DNA from: Moniliella sp. 'wahieum'
Taxonomy: Eukaryota
Length of the DNA: 64,000 bases
NCBI GenBank assembly: GCA_003971905.1
Contig: RSEE01000012.1
Location: 186,001-250,000, forward strand
Direction of reading: 5' to 3'
Shown: positions 39,369-49,614 of the stretch, piece by piece
Position numbering within the stretch: the stretch's first letter is position 1
Layout: each line of letters opens with the position of its first letter
The notes under the pieces: model-generated
The model's input: only the letters and a program-made list of their open reading frames with translations
Databases searched by the model: none
Told to the model about the DNA's origin: nothing
Position numbers and translations under genes: made by a program

Positions 39369-39873
39369 GGCGTCTATACCACAGCGGTGACCAAGCCGTA
39401 GAGTGGAAGAGCTGCGGTACTAGGAATAAGAAAGAGGTTAGAGGAGCAGGCGGTGGTGGTAGTGGTGGTGGTACAGGAGGGGAAGGCAAGTCAACCTGTG
39501 GCTTTTTGCAATTATCTGAAAGACGTGAGGCCGTGTGGTTTGATGGAGCTGTGGGGCGGGTGGAGTCAGAGAAAAGCAATATGTACCCCCTTCAACCCTA
39601 AACCCCTTTATGCTATGCTAGAGACTGCTAGAGGCTTGGCCGACTTTGATCGAAGCCTGGTGCATGATGCATGATGCATGATGCATGGTGGTAAGTGCAG
39701 CACGCTCAGTACGTCAGTACACTCAGTTGAGTCGATGAGAAACCCTGGCGGTAAATCGGTTTAGAGCCAGGTACGTGACAGTATTGCAAACGAGACATAG
39801 TAGTACGGTACTAGCTGCAGAGATATAGTATTAGGCCTGCGTCACGACGATCCACATTATAGGGACCACAGGC

Positions 39874-40084
39874 TGTTGACCACCAGTGGTCTAGAGCCCA
39901 TCGGCCTTCAGTGACACGTGGCCCGATCCACACAGTGCACCGGGGCAGTGAGTTCCGACCCTTCCACGGGTCTCCACTGGCCTCCAGGCCAGGAGCCTAT
40001 CAAGGCCCATAGCTCTAGCTCTCCTTAGCTCTTGAATGCCATCTCCATCGACCATCGCCAGCATCGCTAGCTAGGCCTGTGACA
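39874..40084 (+). repeat. 5' LTR
   Basis: TGTTGACC...CTGTGACA; matches the 3' LTR except one C/T. Confidence 0.97.
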
Positions 40085-40230
40085 GAGCTACAATCTGAAG
40101 CACCCCACTGGCGCAAAGGATCAATACTCAGCACCACCATCGGCGCCCACCGTCACCACCCCACCCCAACGCCACCATCGGCACCACACACCAACCAATT
40201 CAAAAAAAAACAAAGGAAAAATCAGCCACC

Positions 40231-41457
40231 ATGCCCCCCGAACTGGAAGAAAACACCCCTCCTCCCGAAGTCTCTGTCATCGAAGAGGCGCAGACATCGA
40301 CGAACCGACCACCACCCCTGTCTCCGACCCGACCTGGCAACAGGCCCTCACCCCGTCAGAGACAACCTCCGCAAGCACCCGCGCGTTCAAGCCCACCAGC
40401 GCTGACAATCTCCGCTCCACATGCCGCTCGTTCGCTACGGATGCACACACGGCGGCGTATGGACCGAAGAGCAAGAAAACACCGGGCGGAAAGGAAAATT
40501 GGATCTACACGCTCACCCTCGCGTTGGAGAAATATGTATTGGCCGTTGAATTCACGAAGCCGCAAAACACCCGTGAGGCCCTTGCATCCGCGAGTGAGGA
40601 CATGGCCGAGCTTCGCCACGCTGAGAAACGCGCGTCAAAAGAGATCGAGCGTACCAACGCGACGCGCAAGGACGCCTTCCGCGACCCACCGAATATGTGC
40701 TCTGGGAGCCCTCCATCCTCAACATCCTGGACCGCATCCACCCCGCCGCGAAGGACATCGTTCGCTCCGGTCCATCGTCACCACACTACGACTCGTCCCT
40801 CGATCTACGCCTCCAGAACCTTCTGTTGGTCCCACCTCCCGAACGACGTTCAATCTGCCATTATTGCACAGGACAACGTTGACACGTCAGCTGACTTGCT
40901 CCGTGCCCTGCGAAACAATACGGTACGGTCGACTGCAAGACGTATCATGAATTGTCCAGTCGCTTTCACCACTGCTACCAAAACCGGCGCAGCGGAGCGC
41001 GTTCCTATCTGAAATGGGGACGCTCCGCAACCGGATCAGCGCAACCACACCGATGTCGGACGAGCAATTCCGCCGTATCCTCGTCGGGGCCCTCCGCGAC
41101 CCTGGTGACCGTCGCCGCCTAGAGCACATGACTCTGGCGGAGACAATGCAAGACGTGGAGAGAATCCCAGCGGACCCAGAGTACAGAATTCCGTACCGGG
41201 GCCGTCACCCCCGGACCGCCAACTCGGGCGCTGGCAAACACGACAGCGCGGGATCCCAGCAGCATAGCGGGGGTCCTCCTGCCGGTGCATCTCCCCGTAG
41301 CGGGGGTGCTCTTGCGAGAAAGCCGTCCGGCCACACCGGGGTTCCTTCGAACAACAAATGGCACCGCAACAGCTCCGCGCGAGCGCACATTGCCACCGAA
41401 GACGACGTCTCCGAAGGGGAGACCCTGTCTGTGGACCTTGCCCTATCTGACAAATAG
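40231..41457 (+). CDS. Retrotransposon Gag (several apparent frameshifts), ends at TAG 41455-41457
   Basis: GCCACCATG start after an A-rich leader; helical capsid-like segments; position between the 5' LTR and the protease. Confidence 0.7.
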
Positions 41458-44400
41458 GAACTCGCGGGCAACCAGGACATCCAGTCTCGTCACGACTCGG
41501 GCGCGGATCCTAGCATCTGGAAGGATCTCAGGGTATTCAAAACCCTCAAGCCCAGCAACCGCTCAATCGAAATCGCTGATGGAAAACATATTAAAGCCAG
41601 TGGACGCGGAACATGTAGCATCGGTATCAAGTGTACCGACGGCAAATGTATCCATGTAGACCTACCCGGCAGTCTATACGTCCCCGGCATAGCAAGCAAT
41701 CTCACGAGCGTAGCGCAAATAAGTGACGCAGGCCACGCATCCTGGTTCGCCCCCCACCGAAAAGGTATCTGGTTAAATGACAAGCATGGCAAATATCACC
41801 AAATCGCGGATTCCTCATACAAGCTGAACATCGTCCCGAAACCGACACCCACAAACGAACACGCGGCCAAAGCTGCCGTCGCCACCCAACACACCGCAGC
41901 CAACACCATCGAGCACGTCATGTACGTTCACCAACAGTACAACCACGCCGCGCTAGACCTACTCCCGACACTAACCGCCAACGCGCGAGCGAGCCTCCGC
42001 GTCAGCCCTGCCCAAATCCGACGCATCCGCCCCTTCTGGCATTGTCCCACCTGCACAAAAGCTCTGGCCAAAGCGCCCAGCCACCCTTCGCGCCACGGCC
42101 GCCGCATTTCGGAACGTCCTTTCGAAGTACTGCACGCCGACGTAGTCGACCTCCCTCGCATCACTGGCATGGGACATGGATACGCCCTGGTCGCGGTTGA
42201 TGACTGGAGCCGTTACACCTTCGCTGTTCCCCTAAAGACGAAAGGACAAGCCACGGCGGAGCTGAAAAAACTCATCACCCGCGAGCAACGCATCGGAAAG
42301 GACCGTCTGCTTCGCATCTTGAAGACAGACAATGCCCCCGAGCTCACCAGCGCACTCCGTCCGTTCCTTGAATCCGAAGGTATCACGACGGAAACCACCA
42401 TACCAGGCCAAAGTCAATCAAATGGGGTGGCCGAGCGAGCCATCCAGGCAATCACCACACGCGCGCGCCAACTCATCATCGCCTCGGGCCTCCCGACATC
42501 AAACTGGTGGCAGGATGCCTTGCTGGCAGGGTGCTGGACGCACAACCTCATGCCACCGACATCTCCACGCCAGGGCACACAATCTCGGGCTGAGCTGTAC
42601 AAGGGGTCACCCCCACCGCTGCCAATGCACGCCTTCGGATCCTTGGCGTACCTTCACCTGGCCCAGGACCAACGTGACCATAAGCTCAGTCCGCGGGCTG
42701 TCGAAGCCATGCTCGTCGGGTACGACGCAGGTCGAGGTACAAAGGGTTGGCGCTGGGCTGTGTACGACCCGTCCATGGGCACGTTCCGATCCCAATGGGC
42801 AAAACCATACAAGTGGACCCAGCGCCAATACCACGAGGTTTTCCCCGACCGCTTTCCGCCTGACGTATCTCGCTTCCCCGCTCAACCCCTGCCTGACAGA
42901 ACTATGACTGACACTGAAACCAAAAAGGGAGAAGAAAAAATGAACAAAATTGAAGTTGCAAATCCCAACACACCACCGAGAATCAACACTGATACTGACG
43001 CGACCATCGCAAGACAAAACGACACCCATCCAACCACCCCCACCACCAGACGGTACCCCGCCCGGACCCACCAGCGCCGTTTTGACCTTGACTGGGCACA
43101 GCTCCCCGTAGCGGACGACCCTCATGATGGTGACTTCCACGCACACGCTGCCGCGCTGCCTCCGGTTCCCCTCCCTGACGGTAGTCGTAGTCCTGCGATC
43201 GGCCTACGCTTCCCACTGCCCGACACTGCCCTGCCCGCGTACAGCGACGGTCTCCATCCGCCTGAATACAAGGCGATGATCGCCCTTAGCGAGCCAGGGC
43301 CGCACGAGCGCATCCAGCTCACCAAGGACGGAGTACCTGTTGCACCCAAGACAATGAAGGGCCTCCAATCACACCCCTCATTCGAACCAGTGCTGGAGGC
43401 GATGCGCACGGAAATCGACACCCTAGCCCGCTACGGCACATTCGAAGTCGTCACGCCCCCTCCAGACGCGCAGCTGCTGATTGGTCTATGGCGCATCAAC
43501 ACCAAAACGGACGCGGACGGAAATTTCCTACGCTACCGAGCCCGTCTCGTTGCCGGGGGCCACCAGCAGGATGCTGACACATGGGGACAAACATTCGCCC
43601 CTGCCGTGCGCACTCCTGCCATCCTCAGCCTTATCGCCCTTGCTGGAAAGTTCGGCCTCCACCTCTTCACTGCTGATGTGCACTCTGCCTATTTGAACGC
43701 TCCCCTCACGGAAAAAGTGTACCTCCGCCCACCCCCATTCTTTCCCGAGGAAAAAGGCAAGGTCTGGCGTCTCCGGAAAAGCCTATATGGCCTCCACCAA
43801 TCCGGCGCAAACTGGGCGGTATTCATCCGTGACTTGCTCCGCGGAGACATGGGTTTTGTACAATCTCTGGCTGAGCCGTGCTTGTTCATCCGACCCCGTA
43901 AAGGCGACACGGTCCTCCTTGCCGTGCACACCGACGATCTTCTCATCGCCTGCACGTCTCACGCACGCTACGATTCCTTCCTCACTGAGATCAACACCCA
44001 TATCGAGGTGCGGGGAAACGGCCCCCTACACTACCATCTTGGCTGCCAGTACGACACCATAAACGGGAAACTGTACCTTAGCCAGCCAAAATTCATTGAG
44101 GAATCCATTGCCAAACATGAGGTTCCGCCACCCCTGGTTATGGGCCTCCCCCACCCCAGCAAGATGATCCCCGCGCGCACCGACCCCGAACCGCCCGCAC
44201 TGCCCGCCGAGAGACGCGACTATCAAGCCAAAGTAGGATCTGGGCTGTGGGCTGCCCGCATGTGCCGCCCTGATGCGCTGTTCGGCATCTCAGCTCTAAG
44301 CCGAGCAACTGCCGATCCCTCCAAGGCCCACCGCGCTGCGGCAACAAACTTCCTCCGCTACCTCTACGGTACCAAGGGCTACGGTCTCCGACTAACACCC

Positions 44401-44934
44401 GAGCCTAACGCACCCGCTCTCGCGCTATACACGGATGCCGACCTGGCTGGAGACCCTGACCAATGGCGTTCCACGTCGGGATGCCTGCTTTTCGTCTACG
44501 GGGTTCCAGTGTCCTGGAGGAGCGTGCGTCAACCCAAGAGCGTCACCAACACTGCTGCGGCCGAATATACGGCGGGATATGAGGGCCTCATTGATGCGAA
44601 CTACGTTAAAAACATCTTACTGGAGCTCGGTGCCATCACCTCAGACGAGCCCATACACTGGTACTGCGACAACATGGCGGCACTTGCCTTGGCCGAAAAA
44701 GTGGGCAGCACGGGCAAACTACGTGAGCTGAACATCCGGTACCACAACGTACGCCAGCATGTCGACTCGGGCGAAGTCAAAATCGCGCACATTGCTGGAA
44801 ACGAGAACCCGGCCGACATCCTCACCAAACCAGCCACTAAGGTCTCACTCCTGGCCAACTTGCCTCGCCTCAAGCTTGAGGACGTTACAACCTTCCATCG
44901 TGCCACTGAGACCTCTGGCCAGCGGGGGTGTTGA
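41458..44934 (+). CDS. Retrotransposon Pol (protease, integrase, RT, RNase H); open from directly after the gag TAG
   Basis: PR HDSGA...IEIADG...LYVPGIASNL; IN HQQYNH..CPTC, LHADV, KTDNAPE, NGVAER; RT RYRARLVAGG, LRKSLYGLHQSG, HTDD; RH YTDAD, YCDN, ENPADILTKP. Confidence 0.96.
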   Translation, partial: ELAGNQDIQSRHDSGADPSIWKDLRVFKTLKPSNRSIEIADGKHIKASGRGTCSIGIKCTDGKCIHVDLPGSLYVPGIASNLTSVAQISDAGHASWFAPHRKGIWLNDKHGKYHQIADSSYKLNIVPKPTPTNEHAAKAAVATQHTAANTIEHVMYVHQQYNHAALDLLPTLTANARASLRVSPAQIRRIRPFWHCPTCTKALAKAPSHPSRHGRRISERPFEVLHADVVDLPRITGMGHGYALVAVDDWSRYTFAVPLKTKGQATAELKKLITREQRIGKDRLLRILKTDNAPELTSALRPFLESEGITTETTIPGQSQSNGVAERAIQAITTRARQLIIASGLPTSNWWQDALLAGCWTHNLMPPTSPRQGTQSRAELYKGSPPPLPMHAFGSLAYLHLAQDQRDHKLSPRAVEAMLVGYDAGRGTKGWRWAVYDPSMGTFRSQWAKPYKWTQRQYHEVFPDRFPPDVSRFPAQPLPDRTMTDTETKKGEEKMNKIEVANPNTPPRINTDTDATIARQNDTHPTTPTTRRYPARTHQRRFDLDWAQLPVADDPHDGDFHAHAAALPPVPLPDGSRSPAIGLRFPLPDTALPAYSDGLHPPEYKAMIALSEPGPHERIQLTKDGVPVAPKTMKGLQSHPSFEPVLEAMRTEIDTLARYGTFEVVTPPPDAQLLIGLWRINTKTDADGNFLRYRARLVAGGHQQDADTWGQTFAPAVRTPAILSLIALAGKFGLHLFTADVHSAYLNAPLTEKVYLRPPPFFPEEKGKVWRLRKSLYGLHQSGANWAVFIRDLLRGDMGFVQSLAEPCLFIRPRKGDTVLLAVHTDDLLIACTSHARYDSFLTEINTHIEVRGNGPLHYHLGCQYDTINGKLYLSQPKFIEESIAKHEVPPPLVMGLPHPSKMIPARTDPEPPALPAERRDYQAKVGSGLWAARMCRPDALFGISALSRATADPSKAHRAAATNFLRYLYGTKGYGLRLTPEPNAPALALYTDADLAGDPDQWRSTSGCLLFVYGVPVSWRSVRQPKSVTNTAAAEYTAGYEGLIDANYVKNILLELGAITSDEPIHWYCDNMAALALAEKVGSTGKLRELNIRYHNVRQHVDSGEVKIAHIAGNENPADILTKPATKVSLLANLPRLKLEDVTTFHRATETSGQRGC

Positions 44935-45139
44935 CCACCAGTGGTCTAGAGCCCATCGGCCTTCAGTGACACGTGGCCCGATCCACACAGTGCACCGGGG
45001 CAGTGAGTTCCGACCCTTCCACGGGTTTCCACTGGCCTCCAGGCCAGGAGCCTATCAAGGCCCATAGCTCTAGCTCTCCTTAGCTCTTGAATGCCATCTC
45101 CATCGACCATCGCCAGCATCGCTAGCTAGGCCTGTGACA
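44929..45139 (+). repeat. 3' LTR
   Basis: Direct repeat of 39874-40084; contains the pol stop TGA. Confidence 0.97.
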
Positions 45140-47006
45140 CAGGCCTCCGAACACGAGGTGGGGCCGGTACTTGGGGTGCTGTGACGCTCACACGCACCCG
45201 TGTAGCAGAAACGCCGACTCGTAAGGGGGTGCAGCAGCAGAAAAGGGAAGCGGTATAAGCAGGTTATAACCGGCTGGTACTCTCGTTGCGCGCGTTATTG
45301 CCGGTTAGGGCGATTATACCATGGTAACAGACCGGTAACAGGTATCTCAAACGGCGCCACCGACTTCCGCGGGTCCTGCTTTGCTCGCAACCATCCCGTG
45401 CCCCACACCTCTCACGCGGAGGAGTGAGCTAGTGGCTATACTGGGGACGATGATCGATGAGCGATGATCTCGATGATCAGGCTATGAGCGCCTGAGCGCC
45501 TGAGCTCCGTACATCCGCGCTGCACTGCCTCCGGCAAGGGTGTCGTCCATGTCATGATGCACCATGCAATACTTCCTCAGTACGTCGCCGAGGGGGGCGG
45601 GCGTCGGAGATGTGTGTAGGTAAGTGCACGCGTCCGCACTGGCATCAGCTGTGGCTGCTGTGGCAGGTGTGCGCAACGCCCCGCGTATGTTGATCGCGCG
45701 CGCTTGGCAGCCAGCGCCCAACCCAGCATCGGCCAGGGCGGGTGGGTTGTAGGGCAGACAGACAGCGCACGCGCTCACGCGCTACAGACGCTGAAGCGCT
45801 GAAGGGCTTGAAGCTTCAAGCCAGCTACGATCTACGAGAGGCGCACGCGCGGATGAGATCTCATCTGAGATCTCTGACATGGTGGGGCTGAAACCAAAGT
45901 CGCATGTGGCACCTACGTAGACCGCAAGAAAGGCCCCGCTCCCGTGCAGGGCCCATGGCACCATAGTGCGCACAATGCCCCGCCACTAAACGTTTCAGTC
46001 GTCACGTGGACAGAGCTCTCACGTGACCTCTCTTGACCCTGCTCCCATCGCCTCTCTTTGCCCACACCGCATTGGTCTCGCCGTGTGTGCTCGGCATAAT
46101 GCATAACAAGAGGAAACGGCGGCGGAAGAACGCCAATCCTACGGGCTACCAGGCCGTGGCAACAATAGGAGCGCTTGATGGATCCGAGACGAAGATGAAG
46201 AAGGTGGAGGGAACCACACCTGGCGCCTTTTGAAGCATGGCGTCATGTGGAGAGAGGACGAGAGTAGCCAAAAATGTGCGAGATATACTTTCCCGAAGAT
46301 GGTACATGGGTGAGGAGTGATATCCTCAGTCGTCTCAGGCACGGCGGTTGAAAAACAACTGAATCAGCTGCGTTTGAGCAAGTGAATAGCAGGACGATGG
46401 CCAAAAGTACTAGAGTCGCATCCTCAATCCGTTCTTCTTTTCTCTTAGCCCATCATGATGACGTGCGAGAGGGTGCAAAGCCATCAAGAAAGGGGCGGAT
46501 ACTAGTCCACACTATGCTCATCCTACCCGCTCGCGCTCCACCCTAACCGGTGGCTAGGGTCAGAGGCTCTCTAATATTGATGAGACCTGGAGTCCTGATG
46601 GTCCTCCAGGGAGATGCAACGCACTAGTGATGGTATCGGTGATGGTGGTTGAAGCCAACCTGCAACACCTATACTACAAAGGTGCTCCAAGCTACCACAG
46701 TCGCCCCGCAGGCTAGGCTAGGCTGCGGAACAAGGAAAACAGAAGCGAGAAGATTATATTGGAAGAAACCTAGGCCTACTGAGGAGGGATTGTGAAGGGA
46801 TCTTGACCAAACACACGAGCCACCCCGCGGCTCAACACCTACCTGCTGGTCACGCCGTTGGGTTTTGATGGGGTGGGCTCGAGCTGTCAACAGCAAACGT
46901 CGATTATGCGAGTTTAGATCTTAGGGGGCGAAACGGTAGCATGGCTTTGTCACTGGACCGCAAAGAGAAGCCTAAGAGATTCACAATTTACAAACATTGA
47001 TATAAA

Positions 47007-47078
47007 GCCTCTTTGGCTCAATGGTAAGGCGTCGCACTCGTAATGCGAAGATTAGTCGTTCGATTCGGCTAGGAGGCA
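47007..47078 (+). tRNA. tRNA-Thr(CGT), intronless
   Basis: Acceptor GCCTCTT/AGGAGGC, anticodon stem TCGCA/TGCGA, loop CT-CGT-AA, TTCGATT, T6 terminator. Confidence 0.95.
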
Positions 47079-49614
47079 ATTTTTTGCTGTTTTATTTATT
47101 CGGGTGTAGTGTCTTATTGCAACCTAGGTCGAAGCAATCTCTCTGCACTCTCAAAGTGAAGCAACAACTATCAACCTTTAGCAGGCTTTAGCCTGGCCGT
47201 CTAGTCCAAAACTGAACAAGTGTTGCCATTGTAAATGTTTTGTACTGTGTGGATAATATGACCGACAGCGCTGCACTTCAGCACAGCAAAAAACCCCGCC
47301 CTTAGGCCTTAACCCTTATCCCCGGTTTTCGCCACCCCACACACCCGGTACCCATTATGTGACGACACGCAGCTATGGCTTGCGCTGCATCAGCGCCGTG
47401 CCCGCTTGGTAATTCTGTCCTCTTGAGACGTTTGCGCAGCAACCTCTATTATAATATTGCGTGACATTGTCCCGACCCTACACTTCTTCGTCTCCGCCAA
47501 TTGGCCGAGACAGATGGACCCAACACCGAATTCGACTCCTAGGTCTTACGCCTCTCGGTCGCCCGCGCGCATTTTTGCGTTACTCTTCTGTGGTGGGGCG
47601 TGGGGCCCCACACTTTTTTCCGAGGTCCGTGGTGTACCCCTTGCGCTCACGTTCAGATTTGAGAGGGGCAGAGGGCGGAGACGGGGGGGTTATAAGTTTC
47701 GGGGAGGGAGAGGGGGGGCGATCTCAGATCTCATCTCTATACCCCTTTTATTATTTGCCCTGGCACCAAACCTTGTTTGCGCACAACCATATTATTGCGC
47801 ACGTCCATTGCGCACGGCCCTCTTTCCCACCAACACGTCAACCACACCCGAACGGTGCACTTTTCTTCCGCCTCACATCGGCGCACGGAGAGCGATCAGA
47901 TCTTAGATCTGAGAGAGGGTACGTGGGGTGGTATATAATACCTACGCGTTACACCTTATTAGTATAGCAAGGGTGTTGCGCTGTTTTGTCCCCATCAGAT
48001 GTCAACACCTCGGTGACTAATAATGTAGTGAGAGTATATTGGTCCCTGTGCGCTGGCCGCCATCGGCGCACGCGACGGGGACGATACGCAGGGGTGTTGG
48101 TCCCTTGAGGAGATGAGTCTCTGCTTGGTATATTGAGAAAGACAAAAATTATCTGTATGAAGAGACAATGTCATCACAGCTTAGAGCAGAGGTGATGATA
48201 TTATGTGCGTTTGACGTGATCGATGATCCCCCGGGATCTGCTCTCAATCCGCTCTTGAATCTCTCTGCTCTTGAAGTGGCAAACGAAACAACAAAGGATA
48301 CACAACACCAGATTTTCTGGATTTTCTATACTGTTGGAGGTCTCGGCGCGTCCACATTTTCAAAAAGAGAAAGGATGCTGAAGAGATGAGTTCGACGTTG
48401 ATCGATGAAGAGAGGAGAGGAGAGAAGAGAGGTCGAAAGGTTTTATTCAGTGATGAAGTTCATCGACTTATATAGTAGTCACTAGTCCCGTGTCCCGCCA
48501 TGCACCGTGGAAGAACCCATTTTTTGACGTATGGCGTGCGGCACACATATACGTGCCCGTTTCGATGGGCACATTTGCCATGCGATGGCGAAACGGAGGA
48601 CCATCGCGTCCTAGCCGTAGTATGAGGTTCGCGGGCACCGAAGGTCTATGCACTTCCACCAGCGCACCATTGTAACGCGTATAGCGCACGGGGACCATCA
48701 GGAAGGAGAGATTGTGGGCAAAGGGTAACTTGCCACCTGGACCGATGATGCATGAGAGACAAAAAAGGGTACTTCACGCGTCACGGCGAAAGAGGAACGA
48801 ACGTTGGATGGAGTGTGGGGAGCGGTGCTTGTTTGCCTTGTCCCATATGCATAAGCAGTAAACGTGTTGAGCCGATGGGCCGATGACGAGTTACTATTAG
48901 TTACTGGCTTTGCTAGGTAGCATGCCAAGCCCACCACCCGGCCTGCTGAATACACAGTGGCCGGGTGGCGTGCCTGCCCCCGCATACTAGAGGGTGCGGG
49001 GGAGGGCACTGGGGCACTCTGGCACTAGGGGGGGCACGGATTTATTTGGCCGAGCTAGGCACGCGCCATCATCGACCAGCACGCATCATGCATTGCTGCG
49101 CCTTTTCTGCTGCGGCTCTCCTATAGCGTGGCCTGTGGCAAAAACACTGGCCGCAGCCCCGAGTGGTGCACAGGCCATGGAGGTGCATCGGCCCAGAAGA
49201 AGAGCGCCCATCCCCCGGTTTATCCCCGCCTGCCTCTCATCCACCCCCTCTCGTCCGCGTCACCGCTCCCCCAAACCCGCACCGACGCGGTCAGGCAGGT
49301 TATTCTTTTCCGAGGGGATGACTGTGATGCACAGCGCCTCAAGCAACCGATGATGTGCGGGGTCGCAATCCAATACCCAGCCCACCCCCATATACGCTGG
49401 GCACAGGGTCCTGTCGCCCAACCGCCGATCTGCATGCTCAGAAGACGCCTCTTTTCACCCTCTCTTTATATACCCCCCCGCTCCGGCGCTCTTTCTTGTC
49501 GCCCTATACCGCCATCTGTCCACTGGCCGCGCCAGCACCCGTCCCGCTCCTCTGCCTTCTTTCTCTCGGGATCGCCCTCAGCTCAGGCCTCACTTCGCTT
49601 GATTGTTGAGCACC

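Larger units (their letters stand above)
39874..45139 (+). mobile_element. Full-length Ty1/copia LTR retrotransposon (5266 bp)
   Basis: TG...CA LTRs of 211 bp, 5-bp TSD CAGGC (39869-39873 and 45140-45144), domain order PR-IN-RT-RH, purine tract AGCGGGGG before the 3' LTR. Confidence 0.98.

Noticed and set aside
36481..47078. tRNA-targeted integration of the copia element
   Set aside because: The nearest tRNA genes are about 1.9 kb and 3.3 kb away; too far to support Pol III targeting from one copy
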